Shown here: positions 18,892 to 28,982 of the stretch, piece after piece
Position numbering within the stretch: the first letter of the stretch is position 1
Layout of the letters: each line of letters starts with the position of its first letter
Assembly (NCBI GenBank): GCA_963721805.1
Contig: CAVRJY010000001.1
Coordinates: 512,001 to 576,000 of the forward strand
Origin: Nitrospirota bacterium
Lineage (GTDB): Bacteria > Nitrospirota > Thermodesulfovibrionia > Thermodesulfovibrionales > JdFR-86
Direction of reading: 5' to 3'
Length of the DNA stretch: 64,000 nt
Notes under the pieces: generated by a model
The model's database searches: none
What the model saw: only the letters and a program-made list of their open reading frames with translations
What the model was told of the DNA's origin: nothing
Program-made: the position numbers and the translations under genes

Positions 18892-20063
18892 CGCTTCTTC
18901 TGAGACTTCTTCGCGGCCTCGATAACGTCGAGTAGCGGAATGCCTGAGTTCCGCGCCAGCGCGGCGCAGTCCTCATACTCCGGGGTACGCTGCACGACCT
19001 CTGCGCCCATACTCGATACCTTGACCCTCACCTTGCCCCATGGCGTGGCCGCCTCCTCGATCCTGCGGTCGAGCACCGTGCGCCCTGCCCTGTGGTGGCG
19101 CACGCCTATCGTGGTCGTCTCTTTAAATAGCGTCTCGATCACGGCGGGCCGCGCCTCTTCCGTGCACAGCACCGTGAGCACCACGCCCGGCCGGGACTTT
19201 TTCATTATCACGGGCGCAAGCCACGCATCGAGCGCCCCGGCCGCGAGCAGCCTCTCTATCGCGTATCCGTATACCTGCGGGCTCATATCGTCAATCGTAG
19301 CTTCGACCACTGTGACGGAATCATCGGTGGAGGTCACAGCCGAGACCTCGCCCACCATGGCCCGTAAAACGTTAGGGTGGCCCTCGGTGTCCCGCCCTCC
19401 GGCTCCGTAGCCTATCGAGCCTATCGCCATCGCCGGCATCTGGCCGAAGCCGCTCGATACCGTCGCGACTATCGCGGCCCCGGTCGGCGTCGTAAGCTCG
19501 AATGCCGGGCCGCAGGAATATACCGGGATGTTCTTTTCCTTTAAGACTTCGGCGGTCGCCGGGGCTGGCACAGGGAGCACGCCGTGCGCGGCGCGCACCG
19601 TACCTGAGCCGACATTTATGGCCGAAGCGTATACGCGCTCGACAGCCAGCAGCTCTATCGCGACCATCGTGCCCACGATGTCCACGAGCGCGTCCGTGGC
19701 CCCGAGCTCGTGCAGGTGGACGTCATCGTACTGCCCGCCATGGACCTTGGCCTCTGCCTCGAACAGCCGCCTGAAGCACGCAAGCGAGCGTTCCTTCACC
19801 GCACTAGACAGGCCCGAGCGAGTGATGATCGATCTGATCCCGGCCCATCTGCGCGCTGGCTCCTTGCCTTTCAATCCTACGCGCACCGAGAGGGCGTCGA
19901 TGCCCGAGCGCGAGACACGCCGCGAGCCGATCGAATAGCCAGCGATGCCCAGTTTTACCAACTCTCGTTTAATGGGGGCTAGCCCCCCACCGGCGTCCGC
20001 GAGCGCCCCAAGGCACATGTCCCCGCTGATGCCCGAGAAACAATCGAAATATAAAGCCTTCAT
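18888..20063 (-). CDS. larC: Nickel pincer cofactor nickel-insertion protein
   Basis: YFDCFSGISGDM, VHLHELGATD, AHGVLPVPAPAT, MKKSRPG and PEYED motifs. SD GGGAGG. Confidence 0.93.
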   Translation of the reverse strand: MKALYFDCFSGISGDMCLGALADAGGGLAPIKRELVKLGIAGYSIGSRRVSRSGIDALSVRVGLKGKEPARRWAGIRSIITRSGLSSAVKERSLACFRRLFEAEAKVHGGQYDDVHLHELGATDALVDIVGTMVAIELLAVERVYASAINVGSGTVRAAHGVLPVPAPATAEVLKEKNIPVYSCGPAFELTTPTGAAIVATVSSGFGQMPAMAIGSIGYGAGGRDTEGHPNVLRAMVGEVSAVTSTDDSVTVVEATIDDMSPQVYGYAIERLLAAGALDAWLAPVIMKKSRPGVVLTVLCTEEARPAVIETLFKETTTIGVRHHRAGRTVLDRRIEEAATPWGKVRVKVSSMGAEVVQRTPEYEDCAALARNSGIPLLDVIEAAKKSQKKR

Positions 20064-20157
20064 AGGCCTCCCTCGTGTGCTATCAAATTGCGCCCATCCC
20101 ATCTATAATTTAACATAGGCTCTGGAAACGCGAATCCAAAATGGAGGACAGCGCGTA

Positions 20158-21210
20158 GTGCAGGATGATATCTTCGGACTGATCGTGTTCGGAAACACGG
20201 TGGGGCAGTATGCCATAAGCCTGGGCATTCTTCTGGGCGGTGCGCTCCTGATAAAGCTCTTCGAGTCGATAGTGCTCAGGCGGGCGAGGGCGCGCGCCGC
20301 CGCGACCGAGACGAAGGTGGACGACGTCCTCGTTGGGCTCATAGACCGGGCTGTGTTGCCGGTTTTGTTTTTCGTCCTGTTTTACCTATCGGTCCAGCAC
20401 CTGAAGCTGCACCCCAAGGTCGAGCGCGGCATATGGCTGCTGGGCGTCTCGATCTTCACCTACGTAGGCGCACGGCTGTTAAGTGCGATACTCACCGCGT
20501 ATTTCGAGCACTTCTGGGGCGCGCACGACCCTGCGCGCAAAGAGAGCATTCGGAGGCTCATGCCGTTTGCGCGGGCCCTGATCTGGGTATCCGCGACTGT
20601 GTTCCTGCTCGATAACCTCGGCTTCAGGGTCTCGGCCGTGGTGGCGGGGCTCGGCATAGGGGGCGTGGCCGTGGCGCTCGCCGCGCAGGCGATACTCGGG
20701 GACCTCTTCAGCTACTTCGCGATCATGCTGGACCGGCCGTTTTATATAGGCGAGGTGATCATGGTCGGGGAGTTCAGCGGGGCGGTCGAGCACATAGGGA
20801 TAAAGACCACGCGCCTCAGGAGCCAGAGCGGCGAGCAGCTCATCGTGCCTAACAAGGACCTCACCGGCTCGCGGCTCAGGAACCTCTCGAAGCTCCAGGG
20901 GCGGGGGGTGCAGGTCACGGTCGGCGTGACGTACCAGACCCCCGAGCCGCTCGTCTCGGCCATACCCTCGATAGTCCAGTCCGTGGTCAGCGGGATCGAT
21001 TCAGCGCAGTTCGAGCGCTGCCATCTGAAGAGCCTCAGCGCCTCGAGCCTCGATTACGAGATCGTGTTTCAGGTGGCGGGAAACGACTATAATAAATATA
21101 TGGACGCGCTGCAGGCGTTTAATATCGCGCTGCTTCGCGAGTTCCGCGCCAGGGGGATAGAGTTCGCGTACCCGACGCGGACCGTATACAGCATCAGCAC
21201 GGAGGGGTAA
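20158..21210 (+). CDS. MscS-family mechanosensitive channel
   Basis: AGLGIGGVAVALAAQ, GAVEHIGIKTTRLR and GIEFAYPT motifs. Confidence 0.92.
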   Translation: MQDDIFGLIVFGNTVGQYAISLGILLGGALLIKLFESIVLRRARARAAATETKVDDVLVGLIDRAVLPVLFFVLFYLSVQHLKLHPKVERGIWLLGVSIFTYVGARLLSAILTAYFEHFWGAHDPARKESIRRLMPFARALIWVSATVFLLDNLGFRVSAVVAGLGIGGVAVALAAQAILGDLFSYFAIMLDRPFYIGEVIMVGEFSGAVEHIGIKTTRLRSQSGEQLIVPNKDLTGSRLRNLSKLQGRGVQVTVGVTYQTPEPLVSAIPSIVQSVVSGIDSAQFERCHLKSLSASSLDYEIVFQVAGNDYNKYMDALQAFNIALLREFRARGIEFAYPTRTVYSISTEG

Positions 21211-21249
21211 GGCCGCATAACAATCATCTTCGTATGGATGGAGGCCCCG

Positions 21250-22056
21250 ATGGCGAGCGGCAAGGGTTTATACACTGGATTACTGCTGGTGGCGGGCGCG
21301 ATAGCCGTCGCGCTCATGGCCGCTGAATTCATGACCGCGGAGGGCATGTCCATGTCAGGGAAAGAACCTGTCACCGATGCCGCGATATTCACCTCCCACC
21401 GCCCGGCCGGAAGTGCTCTCGCCACGTTCGCTATCGGCTGATTCTGGGGCACCGACTCCCGGTTCGGGAGCCTTAAGGGCGTTATCTCAACCCGCGCGGG
21501 CTATGCGGGAGGAACGACCTCCTCGCCCACATACCACGACATCGGCGACCACAGCGAGAGCCTCCAAGTGCTCTACGACCCCTCGGTGATTAGCTACGAG
21601 GCCCTGCTTCGAGTCTTCATCGAGGGCCACGACCCGTTCTCCCAGCCGTATTCGAGGCAGTACCAAAACATCGTCTTTTACTCCGGCGAGGCCCAGCGGG
21701 CCGCGATAGAACGCGAGTTCGGCAGGCTCTCGGTTGGCGGCAGGAAGGTCACGACGCGCGTCGAGCCGCTCCGCACCTTCACGCAGGCCGAGGACTACCA
21801 CCAGAAGCACGACCTCCGCATGTTCGGAGAGTTCGAGGCTGAGCTCTCGGCGAAGCTCGGCCCCCAGTGGCTGTTCTCGACTCCGGCGACGAGGATAAAC
21901 GGATACCTAGGCGGAAGCGGCAGCTGCGAGGAGCTTCAAGCGGAACTCAAGGGATTTCAACTATCAGAGAGGCTCTCAAGCGAGCTTCGCTCTACCGTAT
22001 GCCAGGGACAGGAGAGCCGCCCCGGTGCAACGTGCCCGGTCCCGGCGAGGAAATAA
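21250..22056 (+). CDS. msrA: Selenocysteine-containing peptide methionine sulfoxide reductase A with N-terminal hydrophobic segment
   Basis: ORFs 21238-21441 and 21568-22056 share a frame. TGA 21439-21441 sits at the catalytic position G-U-F-W-G. GYAGG, PTY, H.E and AEDYHQK motifs follow. Confidence 0.92.
21442..21475 (+). promoter_or_regulatory. Bacterial SECIS-like hairpin
   Basis: CTCCC-GGTTC-GGGAG stem-loop with a G-initiated loop about 20 nt 3' of the UGA. Confidence 0.7.
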
Positions 22057-22074
22057 TAATGTATCATATCCCCC

Positions 22075-22839
22075 ATGGGAATTGACGAGCTTCGTGAGAT
22101 AATGGTGGCGCTCCGTGAGCGCTGCCCGTGGGACAAGAAACAGACTCGCCGCACCCTGCTGCCTTATCTGGTCGAGGAGAGCTACGAGCTTTTGGAGGCG
22201 CTCGAGGCCGACGACACCCCGGCCATACGCGAAGAACTCGGCGACCTGCTCTTTCAGATCGTGTTTCACTCCCGCATCGCCGAGGAGCGCGGCGAGTTCA
22301 CGCTCGACGACGTGATCGGCGACATATCCCAAAAGATGCGCCACCGCCACCCGCACGTGTTCGGCGACGCCCGGTACGATACGGCCGAGGAGGTCCTGGG
22401 CCAGTGGGAGACCCGGAAGAAGGAAGAGGGCAAGGGCAGGACCTCGATCCTCGAGGGCGTGCCTTCCTCGATGCCAGCGCTCCTGCGCGCCCACAGGCTC
22501 CAAAGCCGTGCGGCGCGCGCCGGGTTCGACTGGCCGCACATCGACGGCGCGCTCGGCAAGCTCGAAGAGGAACTCGGCGAGTTCCGCGAGGCGCTAAAGA
22601 AGCCCGAGGACGCCGAGGCGGTCGAGGACGAACTCGGGGACATATTCTTCGCGCTCGTAAACGTCGCGCGGTTCGTGGACGTCAATCCCGAGCACGCCCT
22701 CAGAAAGACGATCAGCCGCTTCATCGGACGCTTCCGTCATATCGAGGAGCACGCCGAGTCGGAGGGCCGCTCGCTCGATGACATGACCCTTGAGGAGATG
22801 GACGCCCTCTGGGACGAGGCCAAACTCAAAGAACGCTAA
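22075..22839 (+). CDS. mazG: Nucleoside triphosphate pyrophosphohydrolase
   Basis: CPWDKKQT, EELGDLLFQ, RHPHVFG and a second EELGE/DELGD domain. Confidence 0.95.
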   Translation: MGIDELREIMVALRERCPWDKKQTRRTLLPYLVEESYELLEALEADDTPAIREELGDLLFQIVFHSRIAEERGEFTLDDVIGDISQKMRHRHPHVFGDARYDTAEEVLGQWETRKKEEGKGRTSILEGVPSSMPALLRAHRLQSRAARAGFDWPHIDGALGKLEEELGEFREALKKPEDAEAVEDELGDIFFALVNVARFVDVNPEHALRKTISRFIGRFRHIEEHAESEGRSLDDMTLEEMDALWDEAKLKER

Positions 22840-22871
22840 AAGAAAAAGGCCGCCGGACGAATCCGGCGGCC
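22838..22871 (-). terminator. Intrinsic terminator between convergent genes
   Basis: 10-bp stem GGCCGCCGGA/TCCGGCGGCC, with a TTCG loop and T-run on the minus strand. Confidence 0.75.
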
Positions 22872-22889
22872 CGTATCAGGCATCATCCC

Positions 22890-24428
22890 CTACGAATTAA
22901 AGACGTAGTCCCATATCATCCTGAATATCCTGAACTTCGAGTCCGTGGTTCTGGCACGGAATTGCGAGCCGAGTCCATAGCCGCCGCCGGTGTCGTAATC
23001 GAGGTTGGTCGGCAGATCTACGCGCGTGGAATCCGGCGTCACGTCCGCCCTAAAGTCGTATAAGTGTCCAGAAAAATTACCGGTATAGAATATCTCCATC
23101 TCGGCGTTGGCAGGAGTATACGATGGCATCGTATAGAAAAAGCTCATCGGCGTGGGCGGCCCCGAGCTGAAATAATGTCCGGCCGGCGGGTTCGCGTCAG
23201 CCGTTGAATTGACTAGCGTGGCGAAGTCCGATGAGGTGAGTGCGGTGGACTGCTTCGCGGTGTACGGTATGGCGACGTCCTTGGACTCATAGGTGTCGGT
23301 GGCGTAAGTGGCATACCAGACGTCCACCGTATAGGCCGATGCGTCCGGGATAGCCGCGAGCGTGGCGTCGTTTATTATCAGAGCGTCGCTCCCGGAGCTT
23401 AGGAAAAACGGGTTACCGCTGGGGTCCATCTCGGCGCACTCGCTGGCGACTCCGGGGCCTGTAACGCAGATGCTGACGATGCCGAACTGACCAGGGTCTT
23501 CCGCGTTGATCTTAACGCCGCCGCCGAACGAGACGTTGTTGTCGGCGTCGATGTGCTCCTCGTTATACGCAAAGAGATAGACGTCCGAGTGAAACCCGTT
23601 GCCTATAAACACCCAGCCGCCCGCACCGCTGTAGGCAGAGATGTCATATATGAGCCTGTAACTCATGGGGTAATAAGACCCGTCGTCTAAATGGGCTATG
23701 ATTGATACGTCATACATGCCGTCGAAGGTCTGATCGGTGATCGTGACTCCGGTTACCTGGGTCAGCGCGCGGCCCGGGGCGTTAAACTTCGATATAAAGT
23801 GCTGGATCAGGCCGGACGAAATGAGCGTGGAATCGGCATTGAAGATGTCGTCGCGGGAATACCCGTCGTGGACGCCGAAGGAGGTCGCATTCGCGAGAAA
23901 GAATCCGTCGATGTCCGAGTCTGTAAGCGACGGGCTTTTGGCCTTGGATACTGCCGCAAAATCATTGAACATCTTCGCTATCAGGTCCTGAATCGAGATG
24001 TTCAGGCTGACCGAGGCGGTCAGTATGTCGGCCGTCGCGCTCCCGGAGTAAAGCGGGTGTCCAAACGCATCGAGGAGGTCGACATGAAACACGCGGCTGT
24101 TGCCGGCCGGGACGTCCATGGTGAGCGTCACCGAGGTGGCTCCGTTGATGTCGGCGCTGGCGGACAGCGTGCTCATGTCGCTGCCGCTGATGGTCAGGCT
24201 CACCGAGTTAAGAAAAGACGGGCCCCCGCCGACCGCCGCCTTCATCCCGGCCGAGCCCGCCAGCGCTGCCTCGGCCGACTTGGGCAGCCCCTTGAGGTTG
24301 ATCGATACGCTCGCGCTGCCCGAAAAATGCGACGACGATGACGATGATCCCGATCCCCCGCCCGTGCAGCCCGCTATCATGAGCAGCCCGAGCAGGGCCG
24401 CGAGGAGTGCGAATTTATATCTGTCCAT
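22890..24428 (-). CDS. Acidic lipoprotein of unknown function with Gly/Ser linker
   Basis: Lipobox IAGC followed by TGGGSGSSSSSS. SD GAGGTG before ATG 24428. Confidence 0.8.
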   Translation of the reverse strand: MDRYKFALLAALLGLLMIAGCTGGGSGSSSSSSHFSGSASVSINLKGLPKSAEAALAGSAGMKAAVGGGPSFLNSVSLTISGSDMSTLSASADINGATSVTLTMDVPAGNSRVFHVDLLDAFGHPLYSGSATADILTASVSLNISIQDLIAKMFNDFAAVSKAKSPSLTDSDIDGFFLANATSFGVHDGYSRDDIFNADSTLISSGLIQHFISKFNAPGRALTQVTGVTITDQTFDGMYDVSIIAHLDDGSYYPMSYRLIYDISAYSGAGGWVFIGNGFHSDVYLFAYNEEHIDADNNVSFGGGVKINAEDPGQFGIVSICVTGPGVASECAEMDPSGNPFFLSSGSDALIINDATLAAIPDASAYTVDVWYATYATDTYESKDVAIPYTAKQSTALTSSDFATLVNSTADANPPAGHYFSSGPPTPMSFFYTMPSYTPANAEMEIFYTGNFSGHLYDFRADVTPDSTRVDLPTNLDYDTGGGYGLGSQFRARTTDSKFRIFRMIWDYVFNS

Positions 24429-24443
24429 GGAGGTCACCTCTTT

Positions 24444-25220
24444 TTATCTTGGGATATTGATCTTTATCTTTACGGGCACCGGAGTGCCCGGCGCCACCGG
24501 CGGCGTTATGCCGGACGTCGGGGCCTGCAGGACCGGCGGCTCGCCGCTTGCGCCCGCGAGGTCGTCATAAAGTATCACGCCGCTCATGCCGCCCTCAGCG
24601 CCCTCAGCGCCTCCGCCACTGCTGCCGCCGGATCCGGCCGGCACGGGGCTCGGAAGCGGCTCTCCGGCTATGATCATGACCTCCTCGCCGGCATTGAGGA
24701 ATATCGAGCCGGGTATCGAGGGGTCGGTGCTCCGGATCTCGACCGTGCCCTCGAGGCACGTTATGCGCGTGAAGGGCTTGCCATTAAGCATGCCGACCTC
24801 GAACTCTATGACCGTGCCGCGCGCCGCCGCTATTGTCGTCGAGGTATGGACCTCGAAGCGGTTCTTGCCCACGACGGTGCGCATCTTGCCCTCTATCAGG
24901 TTGAAGATCGTGATCCCGCCGCCCTCGCGGCCGTATACGAACTCCTTAACGCTCACCTTCGAGTTCGGCGCGAGCGTAAGGATGCTCTCGTCTAAAAACA
25001 GCATCTTGGCGCGCGCCCCGGCCCCGGTTGTGACCGTGTCCTGGAGCTGGAGCCTGTCGTTAAGCTTTGCGTCGAGCCTCTGTCCGGCGCGCTCTATTGT
25101 AGCGCTGCCCTTGAGGTTTACAATCGAGCCGACCTCGGCGCTCGGTGCGGGCGCGGCCCATGCCGCGGAGGCCGCCGCGAGCGCGATCAAAAACGCCAAT
25201 GCGTATGCGGTTTTCCTCAT
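24444..25220 (-). CDS. Exported FecR-domain protein
   Basis: Signal peptide, D.V.TG...F.D.S.L.L.PNS and AARGT motifs, Pro/Gly-rich tail. Confidence 0.85.
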   Translation of the reverse strand: MRKTAYALAFLIALAAASAAWAAPAPSAEVGSIVNLKGSATIERAGQRLDAKLNDRLQLQDTVTTGAGARAKMLFLDESILTLAPNSKVSVKEFVYGREGGGITIFNLIEGKMRTVVGKNRFEVHTSTTIAAARGTVIEFEVGMLNGKPFTRITCLEGTVEIRSTDPSIPGSIFLNAGEEVMIIAGEPLPSPVPAGSGGSSGGGAEGAEGGMSGVILYDDLAGASGEPPVLQAPTSGITPPVAPGTPVPVKIKINIPR

Positions 25221-25226
25221 GGCGTG

Positions 25227-26552
25227 CTAGAACCTCGCTTTCAGCAGGACGCTCGTGACCGTCCTGTCATATGTATAGAATGATACGTTGGAATCGTTGT
25301 AGACGTATGTGACCCCCGCCTCAGCGCTCAGCCAGTTCAGTATCGGCCTTCTGACCGCTACCGAGTAGGCGCTCTCGAATTCCCTGCGGTGCCTGCCCGT
25401 GGTGGGCTCCCGCTGGAAGCGGTAGTCTCTGGCCGAGAAGTCCCCGGAGCCGATTACGGTGATCTTCCAGGGCAGCGATGCGTTTAGGACCGCGAAGCCC
25501 TTGCACATGTCGTACGATTCCCAGTCAGCGCGCGCGTCGAAGTCCTCGTACTCAAACCCGAGCCTCGCCTTGACCAGCGGCCCTATCGGGAACGCCTGCG
25601 AAATGCTGCCCGACCATCCCTCGCCGCTCATGCCGCGGTTCTGCTGCTGCACTATGACGTTATAGTACGACTCGTTGGAGTATTTGGCGTCGAACTCGGT
25701 CGAGAGGCCGCGGCCCTCGTTGATCGTGGCCGAGGCGAGCGCACTTCGGGTCTCGCTGAACATGTCCCCGCCCATCGTGCTGAACTCATACGAGCCGATG
25801 AGCGCGGTCTTCAATAACTTCGACGGCTCGAACCCGAAGCCTATGCGTGCGGTCTGGGCCTGGACGTCGTATTCCTTGAGCACCGCGTTCTCGTTCTGGT
25901 AGAAAGAGTAACCTATGCTGCCCGTGGCGGGCCCTGCCTTCAGGAAGTTATACTCGCCTGCGAACGAATAGACGCTCCGCCAGTCGTACTGCTGGCGGAT
26001 GTCATCCGGGAGGCTCGAGCCGTGCCCCTTGAGCGCGACGTTGGAGTCGTACTGCACGCCGGTAGAAAACGCCAGCGCCCAGCGCTTCCGGGCCTCGCTG
26101 ACAGTCCCTCCGGGGGCCGCCCCTTCCTCCTGCATGATCCTGAGCTGGTCTTGTGCCATGCGCGCCAGCTCGCCTCCGGGCGCGAACTCAAGCACGTTTT
26201 CGAAGAAGTCCCTGGCCTCGGAGGGCACCGCGCGCCTGTAGAAGACCATTCCGAGTTCGAAGTTCGTCACGGGGTCCATGGGCGAGGCCGCGAGCGCGCG
26301 CTTGAGGTGGCTGGTGGCCTCCTTGTACTGTGACTTGTCGCCCTTGCGGCTGAGCGTGATGCCGAGGTAGAGCTCGGCCTCTGCGCTATACGGGTTTTCG
26401 GCCAGCGCAGAGCGGAACGCCTTCTCTGCGTGCGAGTAGTCTTTGGAAGCGAGCGCTGCCTTGCCCTCGGACATGAGCGAGCCGAAATCCGCCCCCCATG
26501 CAAGAGACGCGGTAAATAACAACACGATGGCAAGCGTTAGGATTCTTCTCAT
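25227..26552 (-). CDS. TPR plus outer-membrane beta-barrel protein (Slam/DUF560-like)
   Basis: Signal peptide, N-terminal TPRs, G.QYDSNV barrel entry, amphipathic strands and a terminal Phe (LLKARF). Confidence 0.7.
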   Translation of the reverse strand: MRRILTLAIVLLFTASLAWGADFGSLMSEGKAALASKDYSHAEKAFRSALAENPYSAEAELYLGITLSRKGDKSQYKEATSHLKRALAASPMDPVTNFELGMVFYRRAVPSEARDFFENVLEFAPGGELARMAQDQLRIMQEEGAAPGGTVSEARKRWALAFSTGVQYDSNVALKGHGSSLPDDIRQQYDWRSVYSFAGEYNFLKAGPATGSIGYSFYQNENAVLKEYDVQAQTARIGFGFEPSKLLKTALIGSYEFSTMGGDMFSETRSALASATINEGRGLSTEFDAKYSNESYYNVIVQQQNRGMSGEGWSGSISQAFPIGPLVKARLGFEYEDFDARADWESYDMCKGFAVLNASLPWKITVIGSGDFSARDYRFQREPTTGRHRREFESAYSVAVRRPILNWLSAEAGVTYVYNDSNVSFYTYDRTVTSVLLKARF

Positions 26553-26648
26553 GACGGTTTGATCCCCTCCCCCTGATATGTCACGGCATAACTAAACTAT
26601 TCTTTAAAGGGAGGAAAAGTCAATAGATTTCGTTATCCAGCGCGCTTT

Positions 26649-28982
26649 TTAGCGCAGTTTCGCTACCGTGGCCCCGGCCCCGCCCTCTTCGCGCTCTCCG
26701 GGCCTGAATCCCTCGACCGCAGGGTGCGACGAGAGGAATTCCTGCACCGCACGCCTAAGCGCCCCGGTGCCGATGCCATGGATCACGCGCACCTCCTCCA
26801 CACCCGCGAGAGACGCGCGGTTGAGGAACGCTTCCAGCAGTTCGAGGGCCTCGTCCACGCGCCTGCCTATAAGCTTGATCTCGCGCGGGGCGGCCTCCTC
26901 CACGGGCGCGCTCACCTCCGCCTGCCTCGGTGCGCCGCGCGGGGGCGAGAGGTATGACGCCGGGAGTTCGAGTTCCTTGTTGCCGTGCTTTATCGTGACG
27001 CGCCCCTGGCTGCGGTTGACCCTGAGCACCGCCGCATCCGCCCCGATGGACTTCACGAACACCGCGTCGCCAGCTTTAAGGGAATCAATCTTTAAAGAGC
27101 GGTTTTCGGGCTCGATCGCGTCGATTTTTTTGTCTATATCTGCGCGCGCAGCCTCAAGCGCCTTCAGAGGTGCGCGCTTCTTCTCGCGCCTGACCTCTTC
27201 CAGTATCTCGTGTGCCTCGCGGCTGGCCTTGGCTATCAGCTCCCTGGCCTCCTCGAGCGCGTTTTTGACCGCGAGCTTGCGCTCGTGCTCGATGCGGGCG
27301 AGCCGCTCGCTTAAGGCCGCGCGGTCGCGCTCGGCCTGGACGCGCAAAGTCTCTGCCTTGCGGAGTTCCTCTTCATATGCCATGCGCTTGCGCTTCATGT
27401 CCGATACGAGCGATTGGAACTCGGCGCGTATAGGGCCCATGAGCTCGCGCGCCTCATCCACTATATGCGCGGGCAGGCCGTAGCGCGCGGCCGCCTCAAG
27501 CGCGTAGCTCTGGCCGGGCTCGCCGAGTTTGAGGCGGTACAATGGGACATGGCGCTCGGGATCGAACTCCATCGAGGCGTTGCGCATCCCTGATTCGCGC
27601 TCGACGAACCCCACGATGTCGACCAGGTGCGTAGTAACGAGCACCATCGCGCCGCGGCGCAGGAGTTCGCGCATGATCGCGCAGCCGAGCGCCGCGCCCT
27701 CGGCCGGATCGGTCCCGGTGCCGAGTTCGTCCATCAGCACGAGCGTCGACGGCCCGGCCGCATTCAATATCCTCGCGAGGTTTCCTATATGCCCGGCGAA
27801 GGTCGAGAGGCTCGCCTCGATCGACTGCTCGTCTCCGATGTCAGCGAGCACGCCTTCGAGCACAGGATAGCTCGAGCCGTCCCCGCCGGGCACCGGCATG
27901 CCCGAGAGCGCCATCAGGGTCAGGAGCCCGGCCGCCTTGATCGCTATGGTCTTGCCCCCGGCGTTCGGGCCGGTGATCACCAACGCCCGGCCCCCGGCCT
28001 CCTCGGAGAGTTCCAGATCCAGCGGGACGACTTCCCTGCCAAGCAGCATCATCAATAGCGGGTGGCGCGCTCCGCTGAGCTTGAGCCTCCCCTCGGCGTT
28101 AAGCTCGGGGGAGGTCATCCTGAGCCTCTGGGCCAGCGCGGCTATCGAGGCGATCATGTCGATATGCACGAGTTCCCCAAACTGGGGCTCGATTTCCGGC
28201 AGGGCCTCTCTGAGCGATTTGCTTATCGCCTTAAGGATGCGTATCACCTCGGCCTTCTCCTCGGCCGAGAGGTTCTCAAGCTCGTTGCTCAGTCCTATTA
28301 TCTCGAGCGGCTCGACGAACGCGGTCTCGCCGGTGCGAGATACGTCATGCACGACGCCCTTGACCTGTCCCTTGGCGTCCATGCGCACAGGTATAACCCA
28401 TCTCCCCGAGCGCGTCGTGATGAAGTCGTCCTGGATAAACGGCGTGTAGTCGGCGTCGCGGACTATTTCCTCCAGGCGCCGGGTGATCTTTTTCTGTAGC
28501 GCGCGGAGCCTGACTCTCAGCTCGCGCAGCGTGATCGATGCCGAATCCAGGATCTCGCCCTCGCCGCCGACGGTGCGCGTGATCGTGCGCCGAAGGGCCG
28601 GAAAGCCGGTCAGCCGCTCCGCTATGGAGGCGAGCCTCGGCGTCGATTCGTCGGGCTTATAGTCCTCAAACGTGTGCTCCATCGCCCAAAGCGCCGAGAG
28701 CACCGCCAGCAGCTCCATCGGCTCGAGCACCGAGCCCACCGGCCTGAGCCGATCCAGCAGCGGCCTGATGTCCTCGAACGATCCGAGCCCGAGCGGGGCG
28801 CCCCTATCCGAGACCCTGCGGACCTCGTCGATGAGGGCGTGGCGCTCCGAGATCGGGAGGCGCTCTGACATTGGCGTGATATTCGAGATCGCCTCGCGCG
28901 TGGCGGGCGAGTGCGCGTATTCCGAGATCGCGTGAAGCACCCTCGGGAACTCAAGGAGTTTGAGCGTCTCGGGCCGGTTCAT
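26649..28982 (-). CDS. mutS2: Endonuclease MutS2
   Basis: ITGPNAGGKT, DIGDEQSI, DELGTGTDP and Smr IHGIGTG motifs. Confidence 0.95.
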   Translation of the reverse strand: MNRPETLKLLEFPRVLHAISEYAHSPATREAISNITPMSERLPISERHALIDEVRRVSDRGAPLGLGSFEDIRPLLDRLRPVGSVLEPMELLAVLSALWAMEHTFEDYKPDESTPRLASIAERLTGFPALRRTITRTVGGEGEILDSASITLRELRVRLRALQKKITRRLEEIVRDADYTPFIQDDFITTRSGRWVIPVRMDAKGQVKGVVHDVSRTGETAFVEPLEIIGLSNELENLSAEEKAEVIRILKAISKSLREALPEIEPQFGELVHIDMIASIAALAQRLRMTSPELNAEGRLKLSGARHPLLMMLLGREVVPLDLELSEEAGGRALVITGPNAGGKTIAIKAAGLLTLMALSGMPVPGGDGSSYPVLEGVLADIGDEQSIEASLSTFAGHIGNLARILNAAGPSTLVLMDELGTGTDPAEGAALGCAIMRELLRRGAMVLVTTHLVDIVGFVERESGMRNASMEFDPERHVPLYRLKLGEPGQSYALEAAARYGLPAHIVDEARELMGPIRAEFQSLVSDMKRKRMAYEEELRKAETLRVQAERDRAALSERLARIEHERKLAVKNALEEARELIAKASREAHEILEEVRREKKRAPLKALEAARADIDKKIDAIEPENRSLKIDSLKAGDAVFVKSIGADAAVLRVNRSQGRVTIKHGNKELELPASYLSPPRGAPRQAEVSAPVEEAAPREIKLIGRRVDEALELLEAFLNRASLAGVEEVRVIHGIGTGALRRAVQEFLSSHPAVEGFRPGEREEGGAGATVAKLR

